The position numbers were made by a program, and so were the translations under genes. Source: Planctomycetota bacterium (GTDB lineage: Bacteria; Planctomycetota; UBA1135; UBA2386). From it: a stretch of DNA of 64,000 nucleotides. The notes below the pieces were generated by a model that was given only the letters and a program-made list of their open reading frames with translations, was not told where the DNA came from and searched no databases. The number at the start of each line of letters is the position of its first letter. The first letter of the stretch is position 1. The stretch spans positions 27,991-91,990 of the forward strand of contig CANMWZ010000016.1 of the NCBI GenBank assembly GCA_947501605.1, read 5' to 3'. Below, piece after piece: positions 28,425 through 36,929 of the stretch.

Positions 28425-29723
28425 ATGCAAGTTCAGGTTGCCGAGACTGGCCCCTGCAGCCGCAGCGTCACCGTCCAGGTCCCGATCGCAGCGATCCGCG
28501 AACACGTGGATGCGATGTACGACTCCGCCAACCAGCAGGTGCGGATGAAAGGATTCCGGCCTGGCAAGGTGCCCCGCAAGCTGCTCGAGAAGCAGTTCTC
28601 CTCGAGCATCCTCAAGGAGGCCAAGGAGCAGTTGATCTCACGCTTTTTCAACGAAGCGTGCCGCGAGCAACAGATCACCCCGATCGGTCGCATCCTGATC
28701 GACGACTTCGAGCAGCTCGAAGTGAAGCTCGATGCCGAGTTGAAATTCACCGTCAAGGTGGACGTGCGCCCTCAGTTCGAAGTTGGCGACGCCAAGGGGC
28801 TGGAGATGCAGGCGTACACGACGGTCGTAACCGACACCGAGATCGACAGCGCGCTGCAAGAGATTGCCAACCAGAAGCGGTCGATCCAGAAAGTCGAAGA
28901 AGCAGCGCAAAAGGGCGACTTCGTAAAAGTTGACATGCGGTTCGACGACGCCGCGGGCAACCAGGTGCACAGCCGAAAGGCCGTGCAACTGAACACCAAC
29001 ATCCCAATCGCTGGCACCGAGGCGGCGCAGTTCGAGCAGGCCCTCGTCGGCGCAACCGCCGGCAAACCGATCGAACTGGCGATGACATTCCCAGCCAACT
29101 TCGAGAAGGACGCGTACCGCAACCAACCCGGCAAGGCCGTGTTGGAGGTCCTTGAGGTACTGCGCGTAACAGCGCCGCCGATCGACGACGCACTGGCCAA
29201 GGGCCTCGATTTCGATAGCTTGGCCGCCCTGCGTGAGGACCTTCGCGCACGCATCGGCTCCGAGAAGGAACGCATCGGCAAACTCCAGCAGGAGGACCAG
29301 TGCCTTCAACAGTTGATCGATCGCCACACGTTCCACCTGCCGGGTTCGCTGGTCGAGGAGCAGCAGGTTGCGTCGCTGCGCTCGTTTGCTCAGCGCCTGG
29401 AGCAATCGGGGATGGGCAAGGAAGAGATCGAGAAGAAGCTCGAAGAATCGAGGGACGAAGCCCGACAAGACGCCGAGCGACGCGTGAAGCTCTTCTTCCT
29501 TGTCGAGGGAGTCGCGCGGCAGCAGAAGCTGTTCGTGACCGAGGGCGACGTCGAAGGCGAGATCCGCAAGATTGCGCAGGCAAATTCGGTCGGACCGGCG
29601 GCCGTCGTCGAACACCTGGAGAAGAACAACCAGTTGGGCGAGTTGCGACTGGCGTTGCTCGAACGGAAGGTGCGCGATTTCCTCAGAGAGAACGCGCGAC
29701 TCGTCGATAAGACCGCGACCTAG
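28425..29723 (+). CDS. tig: Trigger factor
   Basis: [20 protein letters not shown]... with the ribosome-binding signature GFRPGKVP. Position upstream of clpP-clpX. Confidence 0.93.
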   Translation: MQVQVAETGPCSRSVTVQVPIAAIREHVDAMYDSANQQVRMKGFRPGKVPRKLLEKQFSSSILKEAKEQLISRFFNEACREQQITPIGRILIDDFEQLEVKLDAELKFTVKVDVRPQFEVGDAKGLEMQAYTTVVTDTEIDSALQEIANQKRSIQKVEEAAQKGDFVKVDMRFDDAAGNQVHSRKAVQLNTNIPIAGTEAAQFEQALVGATAGKPIELAMTFPANFEKDAYRNQPGKAVLEVLEVLRVTAPPIDDALAKGLDFDSLAALREDLRARIGSEKERIGKLQQEDQCLQQLIDRHTFHLPGSLVEEQQVASLRSFAQRLEQSGMGKEEIEKKLEESRDEARQDAERRVKLFFLVEGVARQQKLFVTEGDVEGEIRKIAQANSVGPAAVVEHLEKNNQLGELRLALLERKVRDFLRENARLVDKTAT

Positions 29724-29740
29724 GCCTATCCGCACTCACC

Positions 29741-30337
29741 ATGAACTCCGCCAACCACTACATCCCCTTCGTCATCGAGAAGACCGGCCGCGGTGAGCGT
29801 CAGTACGACATCTACAGCCGCCTCCTCGAGGATCGAATCGTCTTCATCGGCTCGGAGATCGACGATTACGTGGCGAACTCGGTCATCGCCCAGCTGCTGT
29901 TCCTGCAGAAAGAGAACAAGACGCAGGACATCAACCTGTTTCTGAACTCGCCCGGAGGCAGCGTGACAGCGGGTTTGGCGATCTACGACACCATGCAGTT
30001 CGTGCAGTGCCCGGTCGCGACATACTGCATCGGCCAAGCCGCATCGATGGGAGCTGTGCTTCTGGCAGCGGGGACAAAGGGCAAGCGTCACGCACTGCCA
30101 AACTCCCGCATCATGATCCACCAGCCTTGGGGTGGGGTCGGCGGCACGGCCATCGACATCGCGATTCAGGCCGACGAGATACTGCGACTGAAGAAGACGC
30201 TGAGTCAAATCCTCGGCAAGCACTGCACCCGCGACGCGGACAAGGTGGAGCGCGAGAGTGATCGCGACTTCTTCATGGGTGCGAAAGAGGCCAAGGAGTA
30301 TGGCCTCATCGACGAGATCGTCGAAACGAGCAAGTAA
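29741..30337 (+). CDS. clpP: ATP-dependent Clp protease proteolytic subunit
   Basis: [11 protein letters not shown] (active-site Ser), RIMIHQP (His), 198 aa. Confidence 0.97.
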   Translation: MNSANHYIPFVIEKTGRGERQYDIYSRLLEDRIVFIGSEIDDYVANSVIAQLLFLQKENKTQDINLFLNSPGGSVTAGLAIYDTMQFVQCPVATYCIGQAASMGAVLLAAGTKGKRHALPNSRIMIHQPWGGVGGTAIDIAIQADEILRLKKTLSQILGKHCTRDADKVERESDRDFFMGAKEAKEYGLIDEIVETSK

Positions 30338-30361
30338 TCCGCCCTTCCCTCGCGGAGAGGA

Positions 30362-30472
30362 TCGAACCCGGTCTTTTGCCGAGGGTTCGAGGCACCGCGC
30401 GAAATGCTGCCCTAGCGCGGTGCGCCTTCTAGACCGATCGGGTAGCATGGGCCCTCGGGCCGCACCCGATCG
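30362..30472 (+). promoter_or_regulatory. Three consecutive stem-loops filling the clpP-clpX spacer
   Basis: Stems are 30362-30369/30383-30390 (8 bp), 30393-30400/30415-30422 (8 bp) and 30435-30443/30464-30472 (9 bp, with an inner ggcc/ggcc hairpin). No U-tract follows any of them. Confidence 0.4.
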
Positions 30473-30477
30473 AAACC

Positions 30478-31794
30478 ATGGCTGCCAAGGGCAAAACCGT
30501 CGAGCGCTGCACGTTCTGCGAGAAATCGCGTCACCACGTGCAGTCCCTGATCTCTGGGCCGCCCGGTGTCTACATCTGCAACGAGTGCATCGAGATCTGC
30601 AACACGATCCTCAAGGAAGAGGACCGGAAGCAGCGCACAGGTGCCGTCCCGGGCACTGGCACCAGCACCTTCGTCAAGGACATCGTCCTCAAGGACAAGG
30701 TCCCTTCACCGGACGAGATCCACCGGAAGCTGAGTGAGTATGTCGTCGGTCAGGAACGCGCCAAGAAGGTGCTCTCCGTCGCCGTCTACGGCCACTACCG
30801 CCGCTTGCACGCTCGCTACCAGAATCCCGACCTGGACCTCGAGAAGAGCAACATCCTCCTCGTTGGCCCAACTGGATCAGGCAAGACGCTGCTTGCTCGC
30901 ACACTGGCGAGGATCCTCGACGTGCCATTCGCCATCGCGGATGCCACCACCCTCACGGAAGCCGGCTACGTCGGCGAGGACGTAGAGAACATCCTGCTCC
31001 GCTTGCTGCAGAACGCCAACTTCGACGTCGAGCGGGCTCAGCAGGGCATCGTCTACATCGACGAGATTGACAAGATCGGCCGAACGACGAGCAACGTTTC
31101 GATCACGCGCGACGTTAGCGGCGAAGGCGTCCAGCAAGCGCTGCTGAAGATCCTCGAAGGCACGGTCAGCAACGTGCCGCCCCAGGGTGGACGTAAGCAC
31201 CCGGAACAGAGCTACATTCAGGTCAACACCGAGCACATTCTGTTCATCTGCGGAGGAACCTTCTCTGGCATCGAACAGCACATCGCGCGGCGACTCGGCA
31301 AGAAAGTAATCGGTTTCACGCAGACCGAGGACCAACTCCCGAGCCTCGATGCTTCTTCGACCTACCGCGATCGCGACGCTTTGATCCCCTACCTCGACCA
31401 GAAGGACTTGATCGACTTCGGCATGATCCCCGAGTTCGTCGGTCGCCTGCCGGTCACTGTGGCGATGCGCTCACTGACGCTGGCGGAGATCCTGCAAGTC
31501 ATGACCGAGCCCAAGAACGCGCTGGTCCGCCAGTACAAGGCCATGTTCGCGATGGACGGCGTGACGCTCGAGTTCACCGACGACGCACTGCGCGAGATCG
31601 CCGGCATGGCGATGGAACGCGAGACCGGAGTCCGTTCGTTGCGGGCAATGTTCGAGGAGTTGCTCCTCGACCTCCGCTTCACCCTGGCATCGCGCAAGGG
31701 CGAGCGCATCGTGATCACGCGCGAGTTCGTCAAGGAAGGCATGACGCGTCGAGGCCGTGATGACGGCGACGACCGCCAGCAGAAGTCGGCTTGA
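30478..31794 (+). CDS. clpX: ATP-dependent Clp protease ATP-binding subunit ClpX
   Basis: N-terminal zinc finger CTFCEKS...YICNECI, Walker A GPTGSGKT, and [10 protein letters not shown]. Confidence 0.97.
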   Translation: MAAKGKTVERCTFCEKSRHHVQSLISGPPGVYICNECIEICNTILKEEDRKQRTGAVPGTGTSTFVKDIVLKDKVPSPDEIHRKLSEYVVGQERAKKVLSVAVYGHYRRLHARYQNPDLDLEKSNILLVGPTGSGKTLLARTLARILDVPFAIADATTLTEAGYVGEDVENILLRLLQNANFDVERAQQGIVYIDEIDKIGRTTSNVSITRDVSGEGVQQALLKILEGTVSNVPPQGGRKHPEQSYIQVNTEHILFICGGTFSGIEQHIARRLGKKVIGFTQTEDQLPSLDASSTYRDRDALIPYLDQKDLIDFGMIPEFVGRLPVTVAMRSLTLAEILQVMTEPKNALVRQYKAMFAMDGVTLEFTDDALREIAGMAMERETGVRSLRAMFEELLLDLRFTLASRKGERIVITREFVKEGMTRRGRDDGDDRQQKSA

Positions 31795-31822
31795 GCCGCC
31801 CGGCTAGGCCAACGATTCCCGC

Positions 31823-32935
31823 ATGGGCCAGCCTGTCGTTTCCGCACTTACCGACCTCGACGACGACAACCTGCAGCAGCGGGTGATCGCCGCCGGCGGC
31901 AAGCCCTTCCAGGCACGTCAGGTCGCCCATTGGGTCTACCGCCACGGCGCGACCACCTATGAAGCGATGGGCAACGTGCCCCAGGCCCTCCGCGCCGCTT
32001 TGCAGCAGCAAATGCCGGTGCGCAGTTCGCACGTCGCGACGGTGGACTCGGCGGCTGACGGCACCGACAAGCTGCTCGTTCGCTTGCACGACAGCCAGTC
32101 CGTCGAGTGCGTGCTCATCCCGGACGGCGAACGCATTACGCTGTGCGTCAGTTCACAGGTGGGCTGCCCGGTCGGCTGCGTGTTCTGCGCCTCGGGCATG
32201 TTCGGCGTTGTGCGCAACCTGACAGCCGGTGAGATCGTCGAGCAGGTGCTGCATGCGCGCGATCGGTTGCCTGAAGGACGGACGATCACCAACTTGGTCG
32301 TCATGGGTATGGGCGAACCGATGCTCAACCTTTCAGCACTGCTGCCAGCGCTGCGTCGACTGCACGACAAGGATGGAATCGACATGGGCGCCCGCCGCAT
32401 CACGGTGAGCACTTCAGGCTACCCGCGGCAAATGGCCGAGTTTGCCGAAGCTGATCCGTCGTGGAACCTCGCAGTGTCGCTGCACGCTGGCGACGACACG
32501 CTACGCAAGCAACTGGTCCCCACCGCCAAGCACCCGGTACGCGAGATCGTCGCGGCGGCGACCTCTTACTTCGCGCAGAAGGGCCGCGAAGTCACGTTCG
32601 AGGTCGTGCTGTTAGCGCAGGTCAACGACCGCCCACAAGACGCACAGGCGCTCGTCGATGCGCTTGGTCGAGTGCCTTGCACGGTGAATCTGATCCCCTG
32701 GAATCCAGTGGAGGAGCTCGCCTCGACGGGCCTGCGTCGCCCCCAAACGGCGTCGGTTGATGGATTCGCCGAAAGCCTGAGACGCGGCGGCCTGAAGGTC
32801 ACCGTGCGTCGACAACGCGGGGCCGACCGCTCGGCTGCTTGCGGCCAGCTTCGAGTTCGCGACGTGAAGGTCCACGAACACACGCCGCGTCCATCGGCAC
32901 CGTCGAGCCCGACCAAGTGCCAGGGCCCCGAGTAA
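31823..32935 (+). CDS. rlmN: Radical SAM 23S rRNA/tRNA adenine-C2 methyltransferase RlmN
   Basis: CVSSQVGCPVGCVFCASG (CxxxCxxC), the C-terminal catalytic Cys region GADRSAACGQL, and an N-terminal HhH-like domain. Confidence 0.93.
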   Translation: MGQPVVSALTDLDDDNLQQRVIAAGGKPFQARQVAHWVYRHGATTYEAMGNVPQALRAALQQQMPVRSSHVATVDSAADGTDKLLVRLHDSQSVECVLIPDGERITLCVSSQVGCPVGCVFCASGMFGVVRNLTAGEIVEQVLHARDRLPEGRTITNLVVMGMGEPMLNLSALLPALRRLHDKDGIDMGARRITVSTSGYPRQMAEFAEADPSWNLAVSLHAGDDTLRKQLVPTAKHPVREIVAAATSYFAQKGREVTFEVVLLAQVNDRPQDAQALVDALGRVPCTVNLIPWNPVEELASTGLRRPQTASVDGFAESLRRGGLKVTVRRQRGADRSAACGQLRVRDVKVHEHTPRPSAPSSPTKCQGPE

Positions 32936-32998
32936 CGCAGAAGACGCCTATCGCAGGGTGCCCCACTGAATGGGGAACCCGCAGATGCTGAACTGGCG

Positions 32999-34282
32999 TC
33001 AGCGCCCCTTCCTGTCGCCGCTGCTGCTCCCAGACTCGCTCGCATCCGAAGCGTCGCGCGGCTGCAACGGCGTCGCTTCGGCAGCCTTCGCCGCCGGCTT
33101 CTTGCCGCGCAGCACGACTTCCTTGCCTCGGCGCATGACCGTCACGGCCACGTCGTCTCCAGCCTCGATCTTGCCCAGCGCCTCCTGAACGTGCTGAGTG
33201 GACGCGATCGCCTGCTCCTCGATGCGCGTGACGATGTCCCCGGCGCGGATCTCAAGTTCACTTGCCAGCGAGCCGGCTTCTACCTGCTCGACCAGCAACC
33301 CACCGTCGATGCCGAGGTGCTCCAGGAGCTCCGGCGCAATCTCCCGGCGAACGACCACGCCCAGGCGCTTGCCGACGGGCGGCGCACTGGCGACATCGGG
33401 CAACGCGAGGTCCGAGAGCGGCACCGTCAGTGCACCCCAGTTCCGGGGGCCCAGCCCGCGCACCCGCGGCAAGTTCGGAGCGAGCGGTTGCATGCCTTGG
33501 GGCATCGTGAAGCGAAAATGCCCCCCGAGGCCGCCACCGAGCCCTCGACCTTCCATCACTCCCGGATACTGCTTGTGGAACGTCTCGAGATCCGGCGCCT
33601 CGTAGACCTTTGACTCTTCCTCGCCCTTCTCGTTCTTGGTCTTGACGTCGACGCGCACGCCGTCAGGCCCCATCTGCATCGACATGCTCTGGCCGCTGCC
33701 CTGAATCGACTGCAGTTGGCTCTTCCTCGCCTCCATCTGCTCTTCAAGGTCGGAGAAGACGTCGTCGCGGAAGAAGTGCGCCCGCGGGATGTCGACACCG
33801 AAATCGCGTTCAAGACGGAGGAACAACTCGTCGAAGCGATGCTGCAAGTCCTCGGGAAGAGCTGGAGATCTACGGCGGACGTCGCGGCGTAGCGGTGCGC
33901 CAGGAACTGCGGGGGCATCTGGGTCTACCGCGGGAGCCTCTCGGTCCGGGCTGCGGCGCAATAACTCACCCTGTCCACCACCTTCGATTTGCCGCACCAG
34001 CCGGCGCGAGCGCCACTGCACTTCTGGGTCGCTGTCACCGCTAGCGGCCGCCTTGAGCTCGGGAAGAGCCGCCTCGCCCAGTTCCCTTAGCGCCTTCTCC
34101 GCTGCTGTTCGGGCGCGGAACGTGTCATTGCCCAGATCACGGATCAGGGCCTTGGCGCGGATGCCCGGTTGCGCTTCTACCGCGGCGGAAGGCTCCGGAG
34201 CTTGGGCAAACACGGGCAAGGCCAATGTCAGACTGCAGAGGGCAAGCCCAATTCGGGCCGCGTTGCAGAAGTAAGGCGACAT
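32999..34282 (-). CDS. Secreted protein with a HEAT-like N-region and a C-terminal PDZ domain
   Basis: Trimmed to ATG 34282 (MSPYFCNAARIGLALCSLTLALPVFAQA). PDZ-like GLLVEQVEAGSLASELEIRAGDIVTRIEEQAI...VAVTVMRRGKEV. Confidence 0.75.
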   Translation of the reverse strand: MSPYFCNAARIGLALCSLTLALPVFAQAPEPSAAVEAQPGIRAKALIRDLGNDTFRARTAAEKALRELGEAALPELKAAASGDSDPEVQWRSRRLVRQIEGGGQGELLRRSPDREAPAVDPDAPAVPGAPLRRDVRRRSPALPEDLQHRFDELFLRLERDFGVDIPRAHFFRDDVFSDLEEQMEARKSQLQSIQGSGQSMSMQMGPDGVRVDVKTKNEKGEEESKVYEAPDLETFHKQYPGVMEGRGLGGGLGGHFRFTMPQGMQPLAPNLPRVRGLGPRNWGALTVPLSDLALPDVASAPPVGKRLGVVVRREIAPELLEHLGIDGGLLVEQVEAGSLASELEIRAGDIVTRIEEQAIASTQHVQEALGKIEAGDDVAVTVMRRGKEVVLRGKKPAAKAAEATPLQPRDASDASESGSSSGDRKGR

Positions 34283-34382
34283 GAAGTTCTCCGTGTAGGT
34301 GAAAACCGCGGGACCGGCCACCGACGAAAACTCGCGCCAGAATACTCCCATCGTCAGCGCCGAGGCACCCGCGCCATGCAAG

Positions 34383-35009
34383 TCAGCGAGCTTCGGTCCC
34401 GACCCAAGATGCGGGCTTTGGCCGCACCGGCGGCATCGATTCGTCGAGCAGCAACGGCACCGACTCGTCATCCAAGGTGCGCAGCGACAATCGCCCCATC
34501 AAACCTTGCGCGAACGAAGCTGCCGCCGCGTCGCCACCGGTGGAGGCCGACAACCATCGCTCTTGCCCGAGCGGCTGCAAGAACCTCGACCCCAGGTCGC
34601 CGCCACCGCGAGCCTCGATGGGAGCCCGCTCAAACAAGCCAGCCGCAGGCAGCGCGCCGAAGTAGCCCCCGAGCAGCATTGCGCAGGCCGCAGCAGCCAA
34701 CGCTCGGCGGCGCAACGGTGAACGCCAGAACGACCTCCTAACAGGTACCGCCGGAACGGCTGCGATCGCAGCGAGGATCTGGCCATGCCAAGCGCTGAAC
34801 TGCACGTCATCGACCAGCTCCTTGGCAACCGCGCGAGCATGACTCTGCAGCGCCCGACGAGACTGAAGCAGTCCACTCGCTTGCTGGCGGCACGCCGAGC
34901 AATCCCGCAGATGGGCTCGCACCGAGGCCGCCTTGGCAGCCCCGAGATCGCCGCCGATGAACAACGGGAGCATGCCGAGCACATGGTCGCAGGAGCGTGC
35001 AGAACTCAC
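34383..35009 (-). CDS. Anti-sigma factor (zf-HC2 type) with one TM segment
   Basis: Putative zinc motif H-x3-C-x2-C (AHLRDCSACRQQ). GTG start overlaps the sigma-factor stop (GTGA at 35006-35009). TM segment AAAACAMLLGGYFGALPAAGL. Confidence 0.7.
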   Translation of the reverse strand: MSSARSCDHVLGMLPLFIGGDLGAAKAASVRAHLRDCSACRQQASGLLQSRRALQSHARAVAKELVDDVQFSAWHGQILAAIAAVPAVPVRRSFWRSPLRRRALAAAACAMLLGGYFGALPAAGLFERAPIEARGGGDLGSRFLQPLGQERWLSASTGGDAAAASFAQGLMGRLSLRTLDDESVPLLLDESMPPVRPKPASWVGTEAR

Positions 35010-35653
35010 GACGTGCTCCTCCCAGCGATGCGCTCCCAGCGCTCCTTGAACAACTGGCGCGCGCGATGGACACGCCAACGCGCGGTCGCGTGCGTGATGC
35101 GGAGGATGGGCGCGATCTCGCGGCACGACAGGCCGTGAATGTCGCGCAGCACGAGTACGGCCTTGAACTTCGCGTCGAGCAGTTCAAGCACTTGCCAGAC
35201 CTGCTGGTTCTGCTCGGCGAGTTCGACGGCAACCGTGCCTTCCGAAGCCTCGCGCTCGTCGGGCAGCAGCGCCCCGATCTCATCGAGACTCGCGGCGGTC
35301 GTTCCCTTGAGCTTGCGAAGCTGGTCGATCGCGAGGTTCATGACGATGCGATAGAACCAAGTGTAGAAGCTGCGCGCGGGATCGTACTTGGGCAGCGAGC
35401 GGTGGAGGCGGACGAAGGCCTCCTGCGTGACATCGCGGGCGTCTTCGACGCGGCCGACGACATGGAAGGCAATCCAGAAGGCGCGCTTTTGGTAGCGCGC
35501 TACCAGTGCCGCGAATGCATCCTCGTCGCCCTCCAGCGCCGTCCGAACCAACACGCCATCGCCGACCGCGCCGGAAGCAGCCAACTCCTCAACATGCGAC
35601 GCCAGACCACGCGGCAGGCGACCTGGTTCGGGCTGGGAGGAGGGTTGGACCAT
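35006..35653 (-). CDS. ECF-type RNA polymerase sigma factor (sigma-70 family, group 4)
   Basis: Region 2 is AFAALVARYQKRAFWIAFHVVGRVEDARDVTQEAFVRL. Region 4 is VLVLRDIHGLSCREIAPILRITHATARWRVHRAR. Confidence 0.9.
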   Translation of the reverse strand: MVQPSSQPEPGRLPRGLASHVEELAASGAVGDGVLVRTALEGDEDAFAALVARYQKRAFWIAFHVVGRVEDARDVTQEAFVRLHRSLPKYDPARSFYTWFYRIVMNLAIDQLRKLKGTTAASLDEIGALLPDEREASEGTVAVELAEQNQQVWQVLELLDAKFKAVLVLRDIHGLSCREIAPILRITHATARWRVHRARQLFKERWERIAGRSTS

Positions 35654-35816
35654 TGGGGAATGGGCGAAAGGAACCGGGAGCGGACAGCCTAGCAGGCTGG
35701 AGACACCACGCGGAGGGGCACTCTACGAAGCCCGCACGCCCAGTGTTGGCACCGGGTTCGCACTGGCGGTTCTTTTTCTGGGCAGCGTCGTCGGCATCGG
35801 CTCTTCGCCAGCCACC

Positions 35817-36800
35817 TCAGGCCCCGAGCGGCACGCCCATTCCGCGGAACTTCACGTAGCGCTGCTCGAGCAATTGCTCTACCGGCACCTGCCCCAACTC
35901 CGTCAACCACTCGACGATCTGCGCCTTCACTCGATCGACCGTACCGCGCGCGTCGCGGTGCGCACCGCCGAGCGGCTCGTCAATCACCTTGTCGATCAGG
36001 CCGAGGCGCAACAGGTCCTTGCCTGTGAGCTTCAGGGCCTCGGCAGCCTCAGGCGCCTTGTCGCCGTTCTTCCACAAGATGGCGGCACAGCCTTCCGGCG
36101 AGATCACCGAGTAGTAGGCATTCTCCAGCACGCCAATGCGGTCGCCGACGCCAATGCCGAGAGCGCCGCCCGAGCCGCCTTCGCCGATCACGATGCACAC
36201 GATCGGGACCTTGATCTCGAACATCTCCATGATGTTGCGCGCGATCGCCGCGGCCTGGCCACGTTCCTCGGCGCCGATGCCCGGATAGGCGCCCGGCGTG
36301 TTGATGAAGGTCACGATCGGCAGCTTCAACTTCTCGGCGAGCCGCATCTTCTGCAGTGCTTTGCGGTAGCCCTCGGGGTGGGCACAGCCAAAATTGCAGG
36401 CGAGGCGGTCCTTGACCGTCTTGCCCTTCCGGTGTCCCACTAGCAAGAAGCGCTGGCTGCCCATGGTCGCGAGCCCCGTCAGTATCGCGCGGTCGTCACC
36501 GAACACCCGATCGCCGTGCAACTCGACGAAGTCGTCGAGCATCATCTGCACATAGTCAGAGGTCAGGGGCCGCTCAGCGTGGCGTGCGACATTGACGCGT
36601 TCCCAGGGTGACAACTGCGAGTAGACCTCCGCAGTCTGGCGCCTCAGCCGGTCCTCCAGGCTGGTGATCTCCTCGGCGAGTTCGAGATGCGTGCCGCTCG
36701 CGAGCGACCGCAACTCCTTGATCTTCTGCTCCAACTCGAGCAATGGGCGCTCGAAGGCCAGAGCATCGGGAACGGGCGACCGTGGTGCAGCTTCAGACAT
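35817..36800 (-). CDS. accA: Acetyl-CoA carboxylase carboxyltransferase alpha subunit
   Basis: FERPLLELEQKI..., FINTPGAYPGIGAEERGQ, IGEGGSGGALGIG. The track ORF (997 aa) is this gene plus about 2 kb of open frame antisense to purL. Trimmed to ATG 36800. Confidence 0.95.
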   Translation of the reverse strand: MSEAAPRSPVPDALAFERPLLELEQKIKELRSLASGTHLELAEEITSLEDRLRRQTAEVYSQLSPWERVNVARHAERPLTSDYVQMMLDDFVELHGDRVFGDDRAILTGLATMGSQRFLLVGHRKGKTVKDRLACNFGCAHPEGYRKALQKMRLAEKLKLPIVTFINTPGAYPGIGAEERGQAAAIARNIMEMFEIKVPIVCIVIGEGGSGGALGIGVGDRIGVLENAYYSVISPEGCAAILWKNGDKAPEAAEALKLTGKDLLRLGLIDKVIDEPLGGAHRDARGTVDRVKAQIVEWLTELGQVPVEQLLEQRYVKFRGMGVPLGA

Positions 36801-36929
36801 CGCCGGACAGCCTACCGCCAGGGCCACGTCGGCTGCCAGCCTCCACCACCTGGTAGGATCACCAAGCCACGTCGCAAACGGACGCGAGCCCTTGCACCGC
36901 CCCCCCGGGACCGGCATCGTCCTCGCCCC

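Noticed and set aside
36812-36826. ccgccagggc upstream of purL, resembling the 3' pseudoknot strand (CCGCCUGGGC) of the ZTP/pfl riboswitch
   Set aside because: The required 5' sub-domain (GGGUCGUGACUGGCG...) is absent. The sequence that would have to supply it lies inside the divergent accA coding start and does not match.
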